32,000 nucleotides of DNA from Aliivibrio fischeri ES114 (GCF_000011805.1 NC_006840.2); one strand, 5' to 3'. Counted from the stretch's first letter, positions 9,206-18,956 are shown. The notes: a model not told the origin generated them from the sequence alone. Numbers and translations are program-made.

Positions 9206-10582
9206 ATGAGAACAGAAATTGACTTAAATCAGCTACCTATTTCACTTGTCGGTGAAAGTACACCAGAGCCATTGCTGTATGCTTTTCAAAGAAAAGCATC
9301 CGCTCATGCTGGGGGAGGCGCAATACCAATCTCGGCGGATTTGTTTAATGAGCGCTTTTCTTCCGTTTCATCGGAAACCACACAGCTCAGTAAACATCGT
9401 TGCCTTTACGTTCATATCCCTTTTTGTCGTGTGCGATGCACTTACTGTAATTTCTTTCAGCACGCTTCAAGCAAGCAACTAGTACAAGAATATTTTGATG
9501 CCTTATTAGTTGAGTTGAAATGGAAAGCACAGCTCGCTTGGACTCAAGCTGCGCCATTTCATGCGGTATATATTGGTGGTGGAACGCCTACGGATCTTAC
9601 TGCAGATCAAATTGAACAATTGGGCAAAGCCATTCGCTCTCAGTTCCCATTAACCCCTGATTGTGAAATTACGCTAGAAGGGCGAATTAACCGTTTTGAT
9701 GAAGAGATGTTTGATAAGTCATTAGAAGGTGGCTTTAATCGTTTTTCATTTGGCGTACAGAGTTTTAATACAAAAGTAAGACGCTCAGCCAAGAGGCTTG
9801 ATGATAAAGAGTATGTATTACGTCGTATTCAAGAGTTAAGTGATTCAGAGCAAGCGCCCATTGTGGTTGATTTACTTTATGGCCTTCCTTATCAAACCTC
9901 CGAGATCTGGCAACAAGATCTCAACGATTTTTTAGAGACAAACGCACATGGTGTTGATCTTTATCAGCTGATCGAAATGGGCGGAACTCCTATGAAAGGC
10001 GTGATTGATAAAGGCAAATTGCCACAACCCGCATCAACCGAAGAAAAAGCCTATATGTATAAATATGGTGTGGAGTTCATGAACAAACATCACCTTAATC
10101 GCTTGAGCGTTAATCACTGGGCGCGAAGTAATCGGGAAAGAAGCATCTACAACAGTTTAGCTAAAACCACCGCAGAGGTATTGCCAGTGGGGTGTGGTGC
10201 TGGTGGTAACCTTGGCGGTGTAGGCATTATGCAACATCGCACGTTAGACGCCTATATTCAGTCAATTAAAGCTCAACAAATGCCGATTGCAATGATGACA
10301 CAATCCGCTTCTTCAGCAGGGTTATTCTCAATGATTAAAGCAGGGTTTGATCGTGGTGTTCTATCAAGAAAATCACTATTGCAGCAGACGTCAGAGGATG
10401 TCTATCAATACTTAATGCCACTATTTAAACAGTGGCAAAACAATGGATTAGTTAAGGTTAATGCCGATTATTTAAGTTTAACGTTAGCGGGTGAATTTTG
10501 GGCAGTGACTTTAGCACAAAGTGTGATATCCGCTTTATCAATGACGAACAAACAGCCTGTTTTTAATGAACATGCCGCATAA
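9206..10582 (+). CDS. hutW: Radical SAM heme-utilisation protein (HutW/ChuW family, HemN-like)
   Basis: It carries the CxxxCxxC radical-SAM motif (CRVRCTYCNF) and HemN-like downstream segments (YIGGGTPT). It is divergent from tonB and followed by hutX and hutZ. Confidence 0.85.
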   Translation: MRTEIDLNQLPISLVGESTPEPLLYAFQRKASAHAGGGAIPISADLFNERFSSVSSETTQLSKHRCLYVHIPFCRVRCTYCNFFQHASSKQLVQEYFDALLVELKWKAQLAWTQAAPFHAVYIGGGTPTDLTADQIEQLGKAIRSQFPLTPDCEITLEGRINRFDEEMFDKSLEGGFNRFSFGVQSFNTKVRRSAKRLDDKEYVLRRIQELSDSEQAPIVVDLLYGLPYQTSEIWQQDLNDFLETNAHGVDLYQLIEMGGTPMKGVIDKGKLPQPASTEEKAYMYKYGVEFMNKHHLNRLSVNHWARSNRERSIYNSLAKTTAEVLPVGCGAGGNLGGVGIMQHRTLDAYIQSIKAQQMPIAMMTQSASSAGLFSMIKAGFDRGVLSRKSLLQQTSEDVYQYLMPLFKQWQNNGLVKVNADYLSLTLAGEFWAVTLAQSVISALSMTNKQPVFNEHAA

Positions 10583-11102
10583 ATTTAATCAATATAATAA
10601 GAGTATTCCAGTGAATAAACACGTTATCGAATTATTAGAAAATGACCCATCATTATTACCAAGTGATATAGCTAAGCAACTGTCTATTAGTGAAGTCGAA
10701 GTGGTTAAATCATTACCTAAAGAGATGGTGACTATGGTTTCTGGCCTGAAAACCCAAGAGATTTTAGAAGGGCTAGTAGGTTTTGGTGATGTAACAACCA
10801 TCGTACATTCATTTGGTTCTATCTTTGAAGTTAAAGCTCCATTTCCAAAAGGGAAAATAGCGCATGGTTATTATAATCTTATGGGGCGAGAGGGGCAGTT
10901 ACACGGTCACTTAAAATTAGATTTAATTCAAGATATCGCATTAATTAGCAAACCGTTCAGAGGAACTGAAAGTCATTACTTTGGCTTCTTTAATCATGAC
11001 GGGCATTCCGTATTTAAGATCTATTTAGGTCGAGATAAAAAGCGCCAACTTATTCCTGAACAAGTTGAAGCGTTTAATGTCTTAAAACAAGAATATAAAT
11101 AA
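10566..11102 (+). CDS. hutX: Heme utilisation cytosolic carrier protein (HutX/ChuX family)
   Basis: A 178-aa protein positioned between hutW and hutZ, overlapping the hutW 3' end by 17 nt. The call rests mainly on conserved gene order. The exact start (10566 or 10572) is uncertain. Confidence 0.7.
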   Translation: MNMPHKFNQYNKSIPVNKHVIELLENDPSLLPSDIAKQLSISEVEVVKSLPKEMVTMVSGLKTQEILEGLVGFGDVTTIVHSFGSIFEVKAPFPKGKIAHGYYNLMGREGQLHGHLKLDLIQDIALISKPFRGTESHYFGFFNHDGHSVFKIYLGRDKKRQLIPEQVEAFNVLKQEYK

Positions 11103-11154
11103 AAAATAGTCAGCTCAGCATACAACTCAGCACCAAATTTAAAAGGAAAGAAAA

Positions 11155-11682
11155 ATGAACTCAAATGTTAAGCAGGAAAGATTACAAAATCGTCTTGGCC
11201 CTGAAATTCAAGAGTTTCGTGATTCACGTAAAACCCTTCAATTAGCAACAGTAGATTGCGAAGGAAAGCCAAACGTAAGTTACGCCCCTTTTGTTTTATT
11301 AGAAGATGGTTACTATGTCTTGATCTCAGAGATTGCACGCCATGCAAGAAACCTGTTACAAAACCCTGATGTATCGTTAATGCTTGTCGAAGATGAAGAT
11401 TCATCGAAACAATTATTCGCTCGTAAAAGATTAACGTTTGATGCGACGGCGATTTTAATTGATAGAGAAGAAGCCAATTGGCAGCTGGCGGTTGATGAAA
11501 TGAAACAACGCTTTGGCGATATTATCGACGGCTTGAGTTCGTTGGAAGACTTTAAAATGTTCCGTTTAAAACCCATTCAAGGATTGTTTGTAAAAGGATT
11601 TGGTCAAGCGTTTCAAGTAAGTGGTGATGATCTTGTCGACTTTGTTCACCTAGATGAAGGGCACAAGAAAAGAACTGCTTAA
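11155..11682 (+). CDS. hutZ: Heme utilisation/degradation protein HutZ (pyridoxamine-5'-phosphate-oxidase-like split-barrel family)
   Basis: A 175-aa protein with a PNPOx-like N-terminus (LQLATVDCEGKPNVSYAPFV). It is the last gene of the hutWXZ unit, and an AAGGAAAG Shine-Dalgarno lies upstream. Confidence 0.8.
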   Translation: MNSNVKQERLQNRLGPEIQEFRDSRKTLQLATVDCEGKPNVSYAPFVLLEDGYYVLISEIARHARNLLQNPDVSLMLVEDEDSSKQLFARKRLTFDATAILIDREEANWQLAVDEMKQRFGDIIDGLSSLEDFKMFRLKPIQGLFVKGFGQAFQVSGDDLVDFVHLDEGHKKRTA

Positions 11683-11716
11683 TTCCAGCTACATAACATC
11701 AATAGAATTTAAGACT

Positions 11717-11742
11717 AAAGCTCAATATTTTGGGCTTTTTTT
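11717..11742 (+). terminator. Probable terminator after hutZ
   Basis: aaagctca pairs with tgggcttt (one mismatch) around a 6-nt loop, followed by a T-run ending at 11742. Confidence 0.5.
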
Positions 11743-12063
11743 GTATCTGGAATACCATATTAATTGTAGTAAATTACGGGGCACTCTAACTTGTTAAAAT
11801 GCTTGAAAACTTCGTTAGCATTTTTGATTATAAAATTGCAGAACATGTATTTATTGTGATTGGTATCATATCTCACTCGAAAAAGTAGCAAACAGAATAA
11901 GTGACCAATAATTTTGGCATGAATTTTAGTTTGATTGATTTTCAAGCGTGGAAGTGCCGTTGATCGCATATTTTTTCACCAAATTAGGAACTAAATATTA
12001 ACTTGATATCATTCAGTGTGAATTTTACTAAGTAACTGATTAATCTATTAATTAAGGGCTGAG

Positions 12064-14127
12064 TTGACCATGCAGGATGCTAATCAATCAAAGTTTGAGT
12101 TGGATGTAACCACGGTAGATATACCGCTTCAAGTCTATGAATTTACTGGTGAAGAAAAAATAGGTGAAAGCTATCAGTTTGAAATCACCTTCATTTGCGA
12201 AGACCCAGATCTTATTTTAGAACAGTGGCTACAACTGCCTGCTCGATTAAGTATCTGTGGGGATAATGTAAATAGCGATTCTAATACTCGGTTTGTTCAT
12301 GGTGTTATTCAGTCTATGGAACAAATGAGTACATCATTTAGATTCAGCACGTATCGACTGTCATTAGTTCCAGTATTTTCTCTGTTATCACTTCGTCATA
12401 ATTATCAGATGTTTCAGCAAAAGCCAGTGCATGAGATCATTTCAGAGGTTTATTCTCAAGCTGGTATTTTAAATCATCATTATGATATAGAACTTCATCA
12501 TACTCATGAGAATCGAGATTATTGTGTGCAATATGGTGAAACCGATGCGCAATTTGTGCAACGTTTAATGTCAGAAGAAGGATTAATTTCCTACTTTGAA
12601 CATACAGAGTCGCAATCTAAATTAATTATTTCAGATGGTAAAGAAACACACACTAATCTCCCTGAACTTGAATTTATACCTGAAAATGGCATGGTTCAGG
12701 AAAGTGATGTTATTTATTCTTTGGCTAAAGAACAGAACATTCAAACCGGTAAATATGCAATAAAAGATTATGTTTTTCAGCAACCAAAGCAAATGATTAA
12801 CGCTGAAAAGAGTACAGAGAAAGTAGAAGATACTGCGAGTGAAGAGGCGTTAGAGTGTTACGATTATCAAGCATTAAATCAAGCCAACCTTTATCTTGAA
12901 AGAAAACGCACCAATCAAATCGTATTACGTGGAGAGAGCGACAGTCCACAATTAACACCAGGCTATTTTCAGCCTATATCAAACCATCCGATAGAAGAGT
13001 GGAATACTAATTGGTTAATTACTTCAGTGAATTATGAAGGGAGACAACCGCAAGTGCTAGAAGAACTGGCAGAAGGAACCTCTCATTTTGAATCTCGCTT
13101 TCATTGTATTCCTTGGTCAGTTCCTTATCGTTTAGCAAAAATAGAGAAACCGCGCATTCATAATATTGATACTGCAATAGTAACGGGTCCTGAGAATGAA
13201 GAGATCTATTGTGATGAATATGGGCGAGTAAAAGTGCAATTTCATTGGGATAGAAATGGCCAAGCGGATGAGAAAACAAGTTGTTGGCTTCGTACCTCAC
13301 AAGGCTGGGCTGGTAATCAATACGGTCAGTTTGTATTGCCAAGAATAGGACACGAGGTGATCGTTAGTTTCATTCAGGGTGATCCCGATAAACCCATCAT
13401 CACCGGTTCACTGTATAACGGGGATAATAAACCGCCGTATCCATTGCCAGAGCATAAAACACGAAGCACATTTAAAACATCAAGCTCTATTGGTGCAGAT
13501 AATTTTAATGAATTACGTTTTGATGATAAAAATGCGTCAGAGCAGATCTATATTCATGCAGCGAAAGACATGGATAGTCAAATTCAAAACAACCGTACTA
13601 ATGAGATATTTAATGATGATCACTCTGTTGTGCATCATGATCAATTTCATCAAGTAACCAAAGATAATTACCTGACTGTGCAATCAGATAATTTAAGCTC
13701 AATTAAAGGTGACGCACACCAGCAAGTATCAGGCTCTGTTCAACAAAAGATCCAAGGCAGTCGGCTTGAACAAATAGGCACAGAGTTACACATTAAGGTG
13801 GGTAATAAAGCGGTCCTTGATGCTGGCAGTGAACTGACCATCACTACAGGCAGTAGCACAATGAAGTTAGATTCTGGTGGTATTCATTTACTTGGAGCGG
13901 CCATTGACTTAAATAAGGGCGGCAGTCCTGGAAGCGGTAGTGGATATGCAGGTATTACAGCTACACAACCTATTATGAAGCAGAGTGAAACGGCAGGCAG
14001 CGCGGCTGAAATCGCAACGGCCTCTGAGTACACAAGAAGTAAAATTAATGCTGCTCATCAGATAGAAGCACTAAAGACATCGGATCCTGTTTGTGAAGAA
14101 TGTGAACAAGAGCAGGAACAAGAATAA
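12064..14127 (+). CDS. vgrG: Type VI secretion spike protein VgrG
   Basis: It has a gp27-like N-terminal half and a gp5 OB-fold with beta-helix (VKVQFHWDRNG...SCWLRTSQGWAGNQYGQFVLPRIGHEVIVSFIQGDPDKPIITGSLYNG..NFNELRFDDK). The C-terminal region ends in a Gly/Ser linker and an acidic Cys-containing tail. The likely start is ATG 12070, since the track starts at TTG 12064. Confidence 0.92.
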   Translation: MTMQDANQSKFELDVTTVDIPLQVYEFTGEEKIGESYQFEITFICEDPDLILEQWLQLPARLSICGDNVNSDSNTRFVHGVIQSMEQMSTSFRFSTYRLSLVPVFSLLSLRHNYQMFQQKPVHEIISEVYSQAGILNHHYDIELHHTHENRDYCVQYGETDAQFVQRLMSEEGLISYFEHTESQSKLIISDGKETHTNLPELEFIPENGMVQESDVIYSLAKEQNIQTGKYAIKDYVFQQPKQMINAEKSTEKVEDTASEEALECYDYQALNQANLYLERKRTNQIVLRGESDSPQLTPGYFQPISNHPIEEWNTNWLITSVNYEGRQPQVLEELAEGTSHFESRFHCIPWSVPYRLAKIEKPRIHNIDTAIVTGPENEEIYCDEYGRVKVQFHWDRNGQADEKTSCWLRTSQGWAGNQYGQFVLPRIGHEVIVSFIQGDPDKPIITGSLYNGDNKPPYPLPEHKTRSTFKTSSSIGADNFNELRFDDKNASEQIYIHAAKDMDSQIQNNRTNEIFNDDHSVVHHDQFHQVTKDNYLTVQSDNLSSIKGDAHQQVSGSVQQKIQGSRLEQIGTELHIKVGNKAVLDAGSELTITTGSSTMKLDSGGIHLLGAAIDLNKGGSPGSGSGYAGITATQPIMKQSETAGSAAEIATASEYTRSKINAAHQIEALKTSDPVCEECEQEQEQE

Positions 14128-14981
14128 TGGAAATGCAGTGTTTTGATTCTTTGGTTATTGATGATTTTTCCTCTTTCTACTTGATGCTAGATACCTGTCA
14201 GAGTGTTGATGTATTAAAACAATTATATCAATTAGATACGGTGATTGAGCAAGAGCCTCTTTATTTGTATGAGCCTTGGGATGATATGATATCTGTTTCT
14301 CCTTATTTGGTAAAAGCAACGCTTGTTATTGCGCAATGGTTTGAAAGTCAACGTGGTCAGCTAGACGGTTTCTTATTCAGTTCGGCGTTAGATCTAGAAA
14401 GCCTTGCAGAGCATTTAAGAAGTGTGATTAAGGTTCAGTCGCCTTACGGTTCATCCATCATATTGAAATCTGCGCATTCAGGGTGTGCCAATGTTTTATT
14501 CTCGACAGGAACTGATTGGTATTGGCAACACATTGATGAAGTTTGGCTTCCATATAAAAAGGGATGGGCGCATTACTTATCGCCTTGCTCTGAGATGAAA
14601 AGTGTCAAACCTTATCGTTTAACGGACGAACAATGGGAAGCGTTAGGAGAGTTAGCGACTGAAAATGCCTATGCCTATGTGCTTAATCATGTAGAGCACT
14701 TCTTCCCACATTGTTTAGAAAACGTAACAGATAAACAAAAATGGATTCAGTATTGGTTTGAGGCCGCTTATAGCAGAGGGTTTCAAAATGAATCTGACGT
14801 CTGTCTATTTATGAATGTGATGGGCTATTTGGGAAAAGAAGCGATCACAACCGATAAATATCCAAAAATCACAGAATTGATTTATCAAACATCACAGCAA
14901 ACCCCATCACAAAGAATTAAACAAGCGGCTGATTTGGCCTATCAATATCGTCAATCTATGCAAAAGGATTTACAAGAATGA
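14127..14981 (+). CDS. DUF4123-type T6SS effector adaptor/chaperone (Tap-1/Tec/VasW-like)
   Basis: A 284-aa protein. Its pattern fits my recollection of DUF4123 (FYLMLD..PLY..VSPYLV..GFLFSS..LAEHLRSVIKV). It shares TAATG with the vgrG stop and ATGA with the effector start, the classic vgrG-adaptor-effector order. The domain assignment comes from motif recollection, not a search. Confidence 0.7.
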   Translation: MEMQCFDSLVIDDFSSFYLMLDTCQSVDVLKQLYQLDTVIEQEPLYLYEPWDDMISVSPYLVKATLVIAQWFESQRGQLDGFLFSSALDLESLAEHLRSVIKVQSPYGSSIILKSAHSGCANVLFSTGTDWYWQHIDEVWLPYKKGWAHYLSPCSEMKSVKPYRLTDEQWEALGELATENAYAYVLNHVEHFFPHCLENVTDKQKWIQYWFEAAYSRGFQNESDVCLFMNVMGYLGKEAITTDKYPKITELIYQTSQQTPSQRIKQAADLAYQYRQSMQKDLQE

Positions 14982-17900
14982 GCGAAGAAAACAATGCAGC
15001 CAAGTGTGGCAATAAAAAAGACGCAAAAAACCCAGCGGGGTCTTGCCCTGTAAAGTTTGGCGTTATTGACATTGTTCCAGTTCGTTATGCGATTGATGAT
15101 ATGGATGATGAAGAGAAAGAGCAGAAAAACCCATTACTTGATACCCATAAAGGTTACGGCTTTTTTGATGTTGCTCATTCAAAATATACATTAAGACAAT
15201 TAAGAGACGGTTGGCTTTACGTTTATAGTAATAAAGATAACACCTTTCATGAATATCAGGTGAAAGGCTCTCAATTCATTAAAATGGATTGGGGTTCAAA
15301 TGAAGCCGATAAAGCACCAGAAGAGAGAGGGAAAGCAGGAGAGGCTAAAAGCTGTTTGTCTTACTCTAAGAATGACACATTAACCATATCATTTTCTCAC
15401 CAACGTTGGACATGGCGCTTATGTGAACACATGCGTTCAAATACCCAGTGCCGAAACGAATGGATGCGGACGGTCGACTTAAAAACCTATTCAAACACGT
15501 TAGAGATAGAGCACGGTGGTAGCATGCGTGATTTTGTCCATGCCGTTGCTGATATTGGTACGCCAAAGCCCTCCGGTATCTTGTTTGAAAAAACATGTTC
15601 ACCATTAAAAGACGATGATTCTTCTGATGATGAGTTTCATCTCGCTACCCATAAGAAACCCGTATTAGAAACCGATTATCAATGCGATTTATTAGAAAAG
15701 AACAGCGCTTTGTATATCGCACTGGATGATCAGTTGGCTGATATAACGGATCTGTTTTTGAAGTTGTCTGAAACATACGTGCGTATTGTTGAACTACAAG
15801 GAACAGAGGAGGATGAATACAAAGCTCAAATGGCTGAATTAACACGATCTTTAGCAAGGGTAACATTTAGTGATGATCAACTTCCTGAACATATTAAATC
15901 AGATCCAATTGAACGGTTAAAACTAGAAATAGAGATAAATGAGTATTTATACCAAGAGCAAAATGTCCAACAATCTTCAGCATCTTATGAATATCATGTC
16001 GGTGAAGGGGTAGAAAATACCTCATGGTATAAGGCGTTAGAAGCGAAAAAACAAGCAATAAAAGAGCGGTTTAATTTTGAAATTAAAAAGGAACATACTT
16101 CTCAGTGGAAAAGGCAATATCGAAATTTTGATGAAATTCGCTGGAATGAGTTAAATGAATACCTATTTGAACAATACGATAAATTATCAGAAGTAGAAAC
16201 ATTAAATAGTAAGTTAGTTTATCAACATAAAGAGGTAACCGATGCCATTGAACAGATGGGTATCGATCCTATGTATTTCGGAATTGATAACCAAACAGAG
16301 GTTGGTCAACATTATTTATCCGAACTATTTTCACCAATAACCGTTGAGCTTGTTCAATCGGGCTTTAATGTTCCTGAGATTAAGCATTACCTAGAAAAAA
16401 TGTTAGATCTGAGCAAACCAAATAATTTATTAGCATTAGCCCCGTTTGCTTACTCAAAAGAAGTGGTGGATGAGTTAACCACTTACTCAGAGGGTGGCGC
16501 TGCACTTAATATGAGCAGTCCAAGCGACATGATCGCACTGCATACTCGATTATCAGAATTCGATACATTAACAGGTGACGTAAGAATTCAAGATTCTGAT
16601 TGGTACAAGCTGCTTCATATCGATATTAAAGCCGTGTTTGCTGCATTTATTGCCAGTAATAAAGCCAATCCGATACTGCAATTTCGACCTTCGATGGAGA
16701 TGCTCAACGCAATCCAACCTCGAACTAATCAATTCAGTGCACTTAGTTTTATGACTCGCTTCAGAGTTCTCATCATGGAAAATCTAGCAGATAGCAGTTT
16801 TATTGTTTCTGTAAATCCTAATTACCCTAAAGAACTGGCGGCATTTAATAAAAAATATGATCAGTTTTTATTATCTAACAGTAAAACAATGGCTGCGATT
16901 ATTCGGAAAGAACAATTTGCTGCCGTGTTAGTACAAAAAACGTCTGAATTTATTTCAGAGAACATGCCTCAAATGCTTAAGGTTTCACAAAACGGCTCAA
17001 TGTTAAATATAAAAGGAGCAATCAGCAAAGGCGTGGCAGAGAGTTGGGCTGCTTATAAAAATACAAAAGCAGATCTTGTTAGTTTTTCTGAAAGGAAGTG
17101 GAAAGGTTCAGCAAGTTGGAATGGGGTTGTTGCAGCATTAAATATTTGGAATTCAATAACCGTTTTTTCAAATTTACTTCAAAGAAACCAAGAGAGTAAG
17201 ACGACAGAGGAATATAAATCAGTCGCCGCAGAGGTTGTTTATACGGCTTCTTGGACAGTAAATGCGTGCGCCTTGGTATCAAGAGACGCTGCATGGGCTG
17301 AAGTGATGAAAGATAAAGATTTATTGAAAAAATTTAAAAAAGAAGCTATCGGAATAAGACCTGAGTTAGTCAATAAGTTTATTAACCTAACTAAGCTCGT
17401 TGCTGTTACTGGGTTAATCGCCAGTGTGTCTGAAATTTATTATGTCTATAAACGGTTAGATAGTCCTCTTTTATCAAAAGAAGAAAGGATGGCAGAGATT
17501 CTAAAATCAGGTTCATTAGTAGGCCAAGCATTTATTTATTCTACTCAATTAATATCATGTTTTATGAATGGAGCCATTGGTGCTATTTTTGCTCCTTGGA
17601 TGGTTATAGGTTTGGTTATTTTTGGTGTAATTTATATTGCTGCAACGGTATTCATTAATATGTTTAAACGAACTGATATGGAGTTGTGGTTAGTGCAATC
17701 CATATGGGGAGTAAAGATGGCTAAGTGGTCACCAGAAATTGAATTAGTTAACTTGCAAAATATATTAAATAAACCAGTAGTCCAGATAAACACTGGAATA
17801 GTTAGAACGTATCAGTCAATTTCTGATTCAGACAAACAATGGACATTAACAATTGAGTTACCTGATTACTTATCTGATAAATGGTTTGGAATTAAAGTGA

Positions 17901-18238
17901 TTAAAAGCACATCTAAAAAAGCAATAAAACATTATAATTTCATTGGAAATAAAGAAGTGAGTCAATCAGAAGTTGAAGTCAACTTCACTAAAGTAAACAA
18001 TGATAATAATTGTTATCAAATGAAGATTGAACGGAACCATTCAGAAGATATTTCTAATATAACTATTTATTTAGATGTTTTAGCCAATAGAACACCTCAT
18101 GTGATTTCTTATTCCGGCTTTCAAGGTGGTAGTGGAGATATAAAGCTAAATGTAAATAAGGTCACTTCATTTAATGATTATTCAAAAAAAGAAAATTTAG
18201 ATATGGAGATTGTGAGGTTAAATAATGCTAACTCATAA
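14978..18238 (+). CDS. VasX-family T6SS membrane-targeting effector (1086 aa)
   Basis: The N-terminus carries the VasX_N-type signature (C..CPVKFGVIDIVPVRYAIDD, then YTLRQLRDGWLYVY and ISFSHQRWTW). Strongly hydrophobic helices run from about aa 714 to 896 (WNGVVAALNIWNSITVF.., KLVAVTGLIASVSEIYYVY, GAIGAIFAPWMVIGLVIFGVIYIAATVFINMF). Its size is almost the same as V. cholerae VasX (1085 aa). It lies directly downstream of vgrG and a DUF4123 gene. Confidence 0.75.
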   Translation: MSEENNAAKCGNKKDAKNPAGSCPVKFGVIDIVPVRYAIDDMDDEEKEQKNPLLDTHKGYGFFDVAHSKYTLRQLRDGWLYVYSNKDNTFHEYQVKGSQFIKMDWGSNEADKAPEERGKAGEAKSCLSYSKNDTLTISFSHQRWTWRLCEHMRSNTQCRNEWMRTVDLKTYSNTLEIEHGGSMRDFVHAVADIGTPKPSGILFEKTCSPLKDDDSSDDEFHLATHKKPVLETDYQCDLLEKNSALYIALDDQLADITDLFLKLSETYVRIVELQGTEEDEYKAQMAELTRSLARVTFSDDQLPEHIKSDPIERLKLEIEINEYLYQEQNVQQSSASYEYHVGEGVENTSWYKALEAKKQAIKERFNFEIKKEHTSQWKRQYRNFDEIRWNELNEYLFEQYDKLSEVETLNSKLVYQHKEVTDAIEQMGIDPMYFGIDNQTEVGQHYLSELFSPITVELVQSGFNVPEIKHYLEKMLDLSKPNNLLALAPFAYSKEVVDELTTYSEGGAALNMSSPSDMIALHTRLSEFDTLTGDVRIQDSDWYKLLHIDIKAVFAAFIASNKANPILQFRPSMEMLNAIQPRTNQFSALSFMTRFRVLIMENLADSSFIVSVNPNYPKELAAFNKKYDQFLLSNSKTMAAIIRKEQFAAVLVQKTSEFISENMPQMLKVSQNGSMLNIKGAISKGVAESWAAYKNTKADLVSFSERKWKGSASWNGVVAALNIWNSITVFSNLLQRNQESKTTEEYKSVAAEVVYTASWTVNACALVSRDAAWAEVMKDKDLLKKFKKEAIGIRPELVNKFINLTKLVAVTGLIASVSEIYYVYKRLDSPLLSKEERMAEILKSGSLVGQAFIYSTQLISCFMNGAIGAIFAPWMVIGLVIFGVIYIAATVFINMFKRTDMELWLVQSIWGVKMAKWSPEIELVNLQNILNKPVVQINTGIVRTYQSISDSDKQWTLTIELPDYLSDKWFGIKVIKSTSKKAIKHYNFIGNKEVSQSEVEVNFTKVNNDNNCYQMKIERNHSEDISNITIYLDVLANRTPHVISYSGFQGGSGDIKLNVNKVTSFNDYSKKENLDMEIVRLNNANS

Positions 18239-18956
18239 AGATATAGATAATACAAACAAAATAGAAACCATGAGAATGGCCTTATATAACGAAGAAGTGC
18301 TTTATGAATATGAAACCATCGAGCATCAATATTTGGGATATTTTGCTGGTGTTGGTTTTTTTAGTGTTATGAGTTGGATGTTATATGACTTTAGTCAAGA
18401 TATGCTAGATACAGGTGGTGTGGTGGCATTTAGTTTACTTACCATTTTCATGACATTGTTTTTTATCTTTTTTGGTTCTGCAGACATAAAGCGGATTTAC
18501 AAGTTTACCAAAAACGGAATATTAACCGAGCAGGCAGATGTGGTACCAGAGTACGCTTATCAATGCATACGAATGATAGGTCGAGTGGGTGTTGTTGTAT
18601 GTTTAGTTGCCGTTGTTTTTGTTGGCCCTATGGCGTTCGTTGGGGCAGGGGCCAGTGCATTACTCTCATTCAAACTGGTTAACTTTAGGCTGAAACCTAT
18701 GATGTTTGAAACTTTGTATTTTGAGGAGTCTGTGATAATAAAGTCTTCAAAAGCAAATTATGTATCAATACTTCCTAATGCAGATTTATTAGTTTCAGGG
18801 AATGGTTTTATCAGTAATGGTAAAAACATTAATGAAATTTTCAATACATTAAGGGAATTCTATCCAAATGGTTATTTTTATGAGGTAGAGGAAGAAGATG
18901 ATATATATTCCCATTATAAATATAAAGAGTTCTTACATCCAGCAGGTCAGGATTGA
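18225..18956 (+). CDS. Putative polytopic membrane immunity protein 1 for the VasX-like effector
   Basis: It overlaps the effector 3' end by 14 nt and has a GAGG Shine-Dalgarno 8 nt upstream. It has 3-4 predicted TM helices (YLGYFAGVGFFSVMSWMLY, VVAFSLLTIFMTLFFIFFG, VGVVVCLVAVVFVGPMAFVGAGASALLSF). The immunity role is inferred from position. Confidence 0.6.
   Translation: MLTHKDIDNTNKIETMRMALYNEEVLYEYETIEHQYLGYFAGVGFFSVMSWMLYDFSQDMLDTGGVVAFSLLTIFMTLFFIFFGSADIKRIYKFTKNGILTEQADVVPEYAYQCIRMIGRVGVVVCLVAVVFVGPMAFVGAGASALLSFKLVNFRLKPMMFETLYFEESVIIKSSKANYVSILPNADLLVSGNGFISNGKNINEIFNTLREFYPNGYFYEVEEEDDIYSHYKYKEFLHPAGQD

Noticed and set aside
11915-11964. Two sigma-54-like sequences upstream of vgrG (TGGCATGAATTTTAGT at 11915-11930 and TGGAAGTGCCGTTGAT at 11949-11964)
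   Set aside because: T6SS auxiliary clusters in Vibrio are often RpoN/VasH-dependent, so I looked for TGGCAC-N5-TTGC. Both candidates have the -24 GG, but neither has the near-invariant -12 GC at the correct spacing (TTAG and TTGA instead of TTGC). That is not enough to call a promoter.
11760-11969. A 69-aa minus-strand ORF in the AT-rich leader upstream of vgrG
   Set aside because: It shows no recognisable motif and has only a weak GGTG upstream of the ATG. AT-rich DNA readily yields such ORFs, and it occupies the region expected to hold the vgrG promoter. A real small protein or gene remnant cannot be excluded, but there is no positive evidence.
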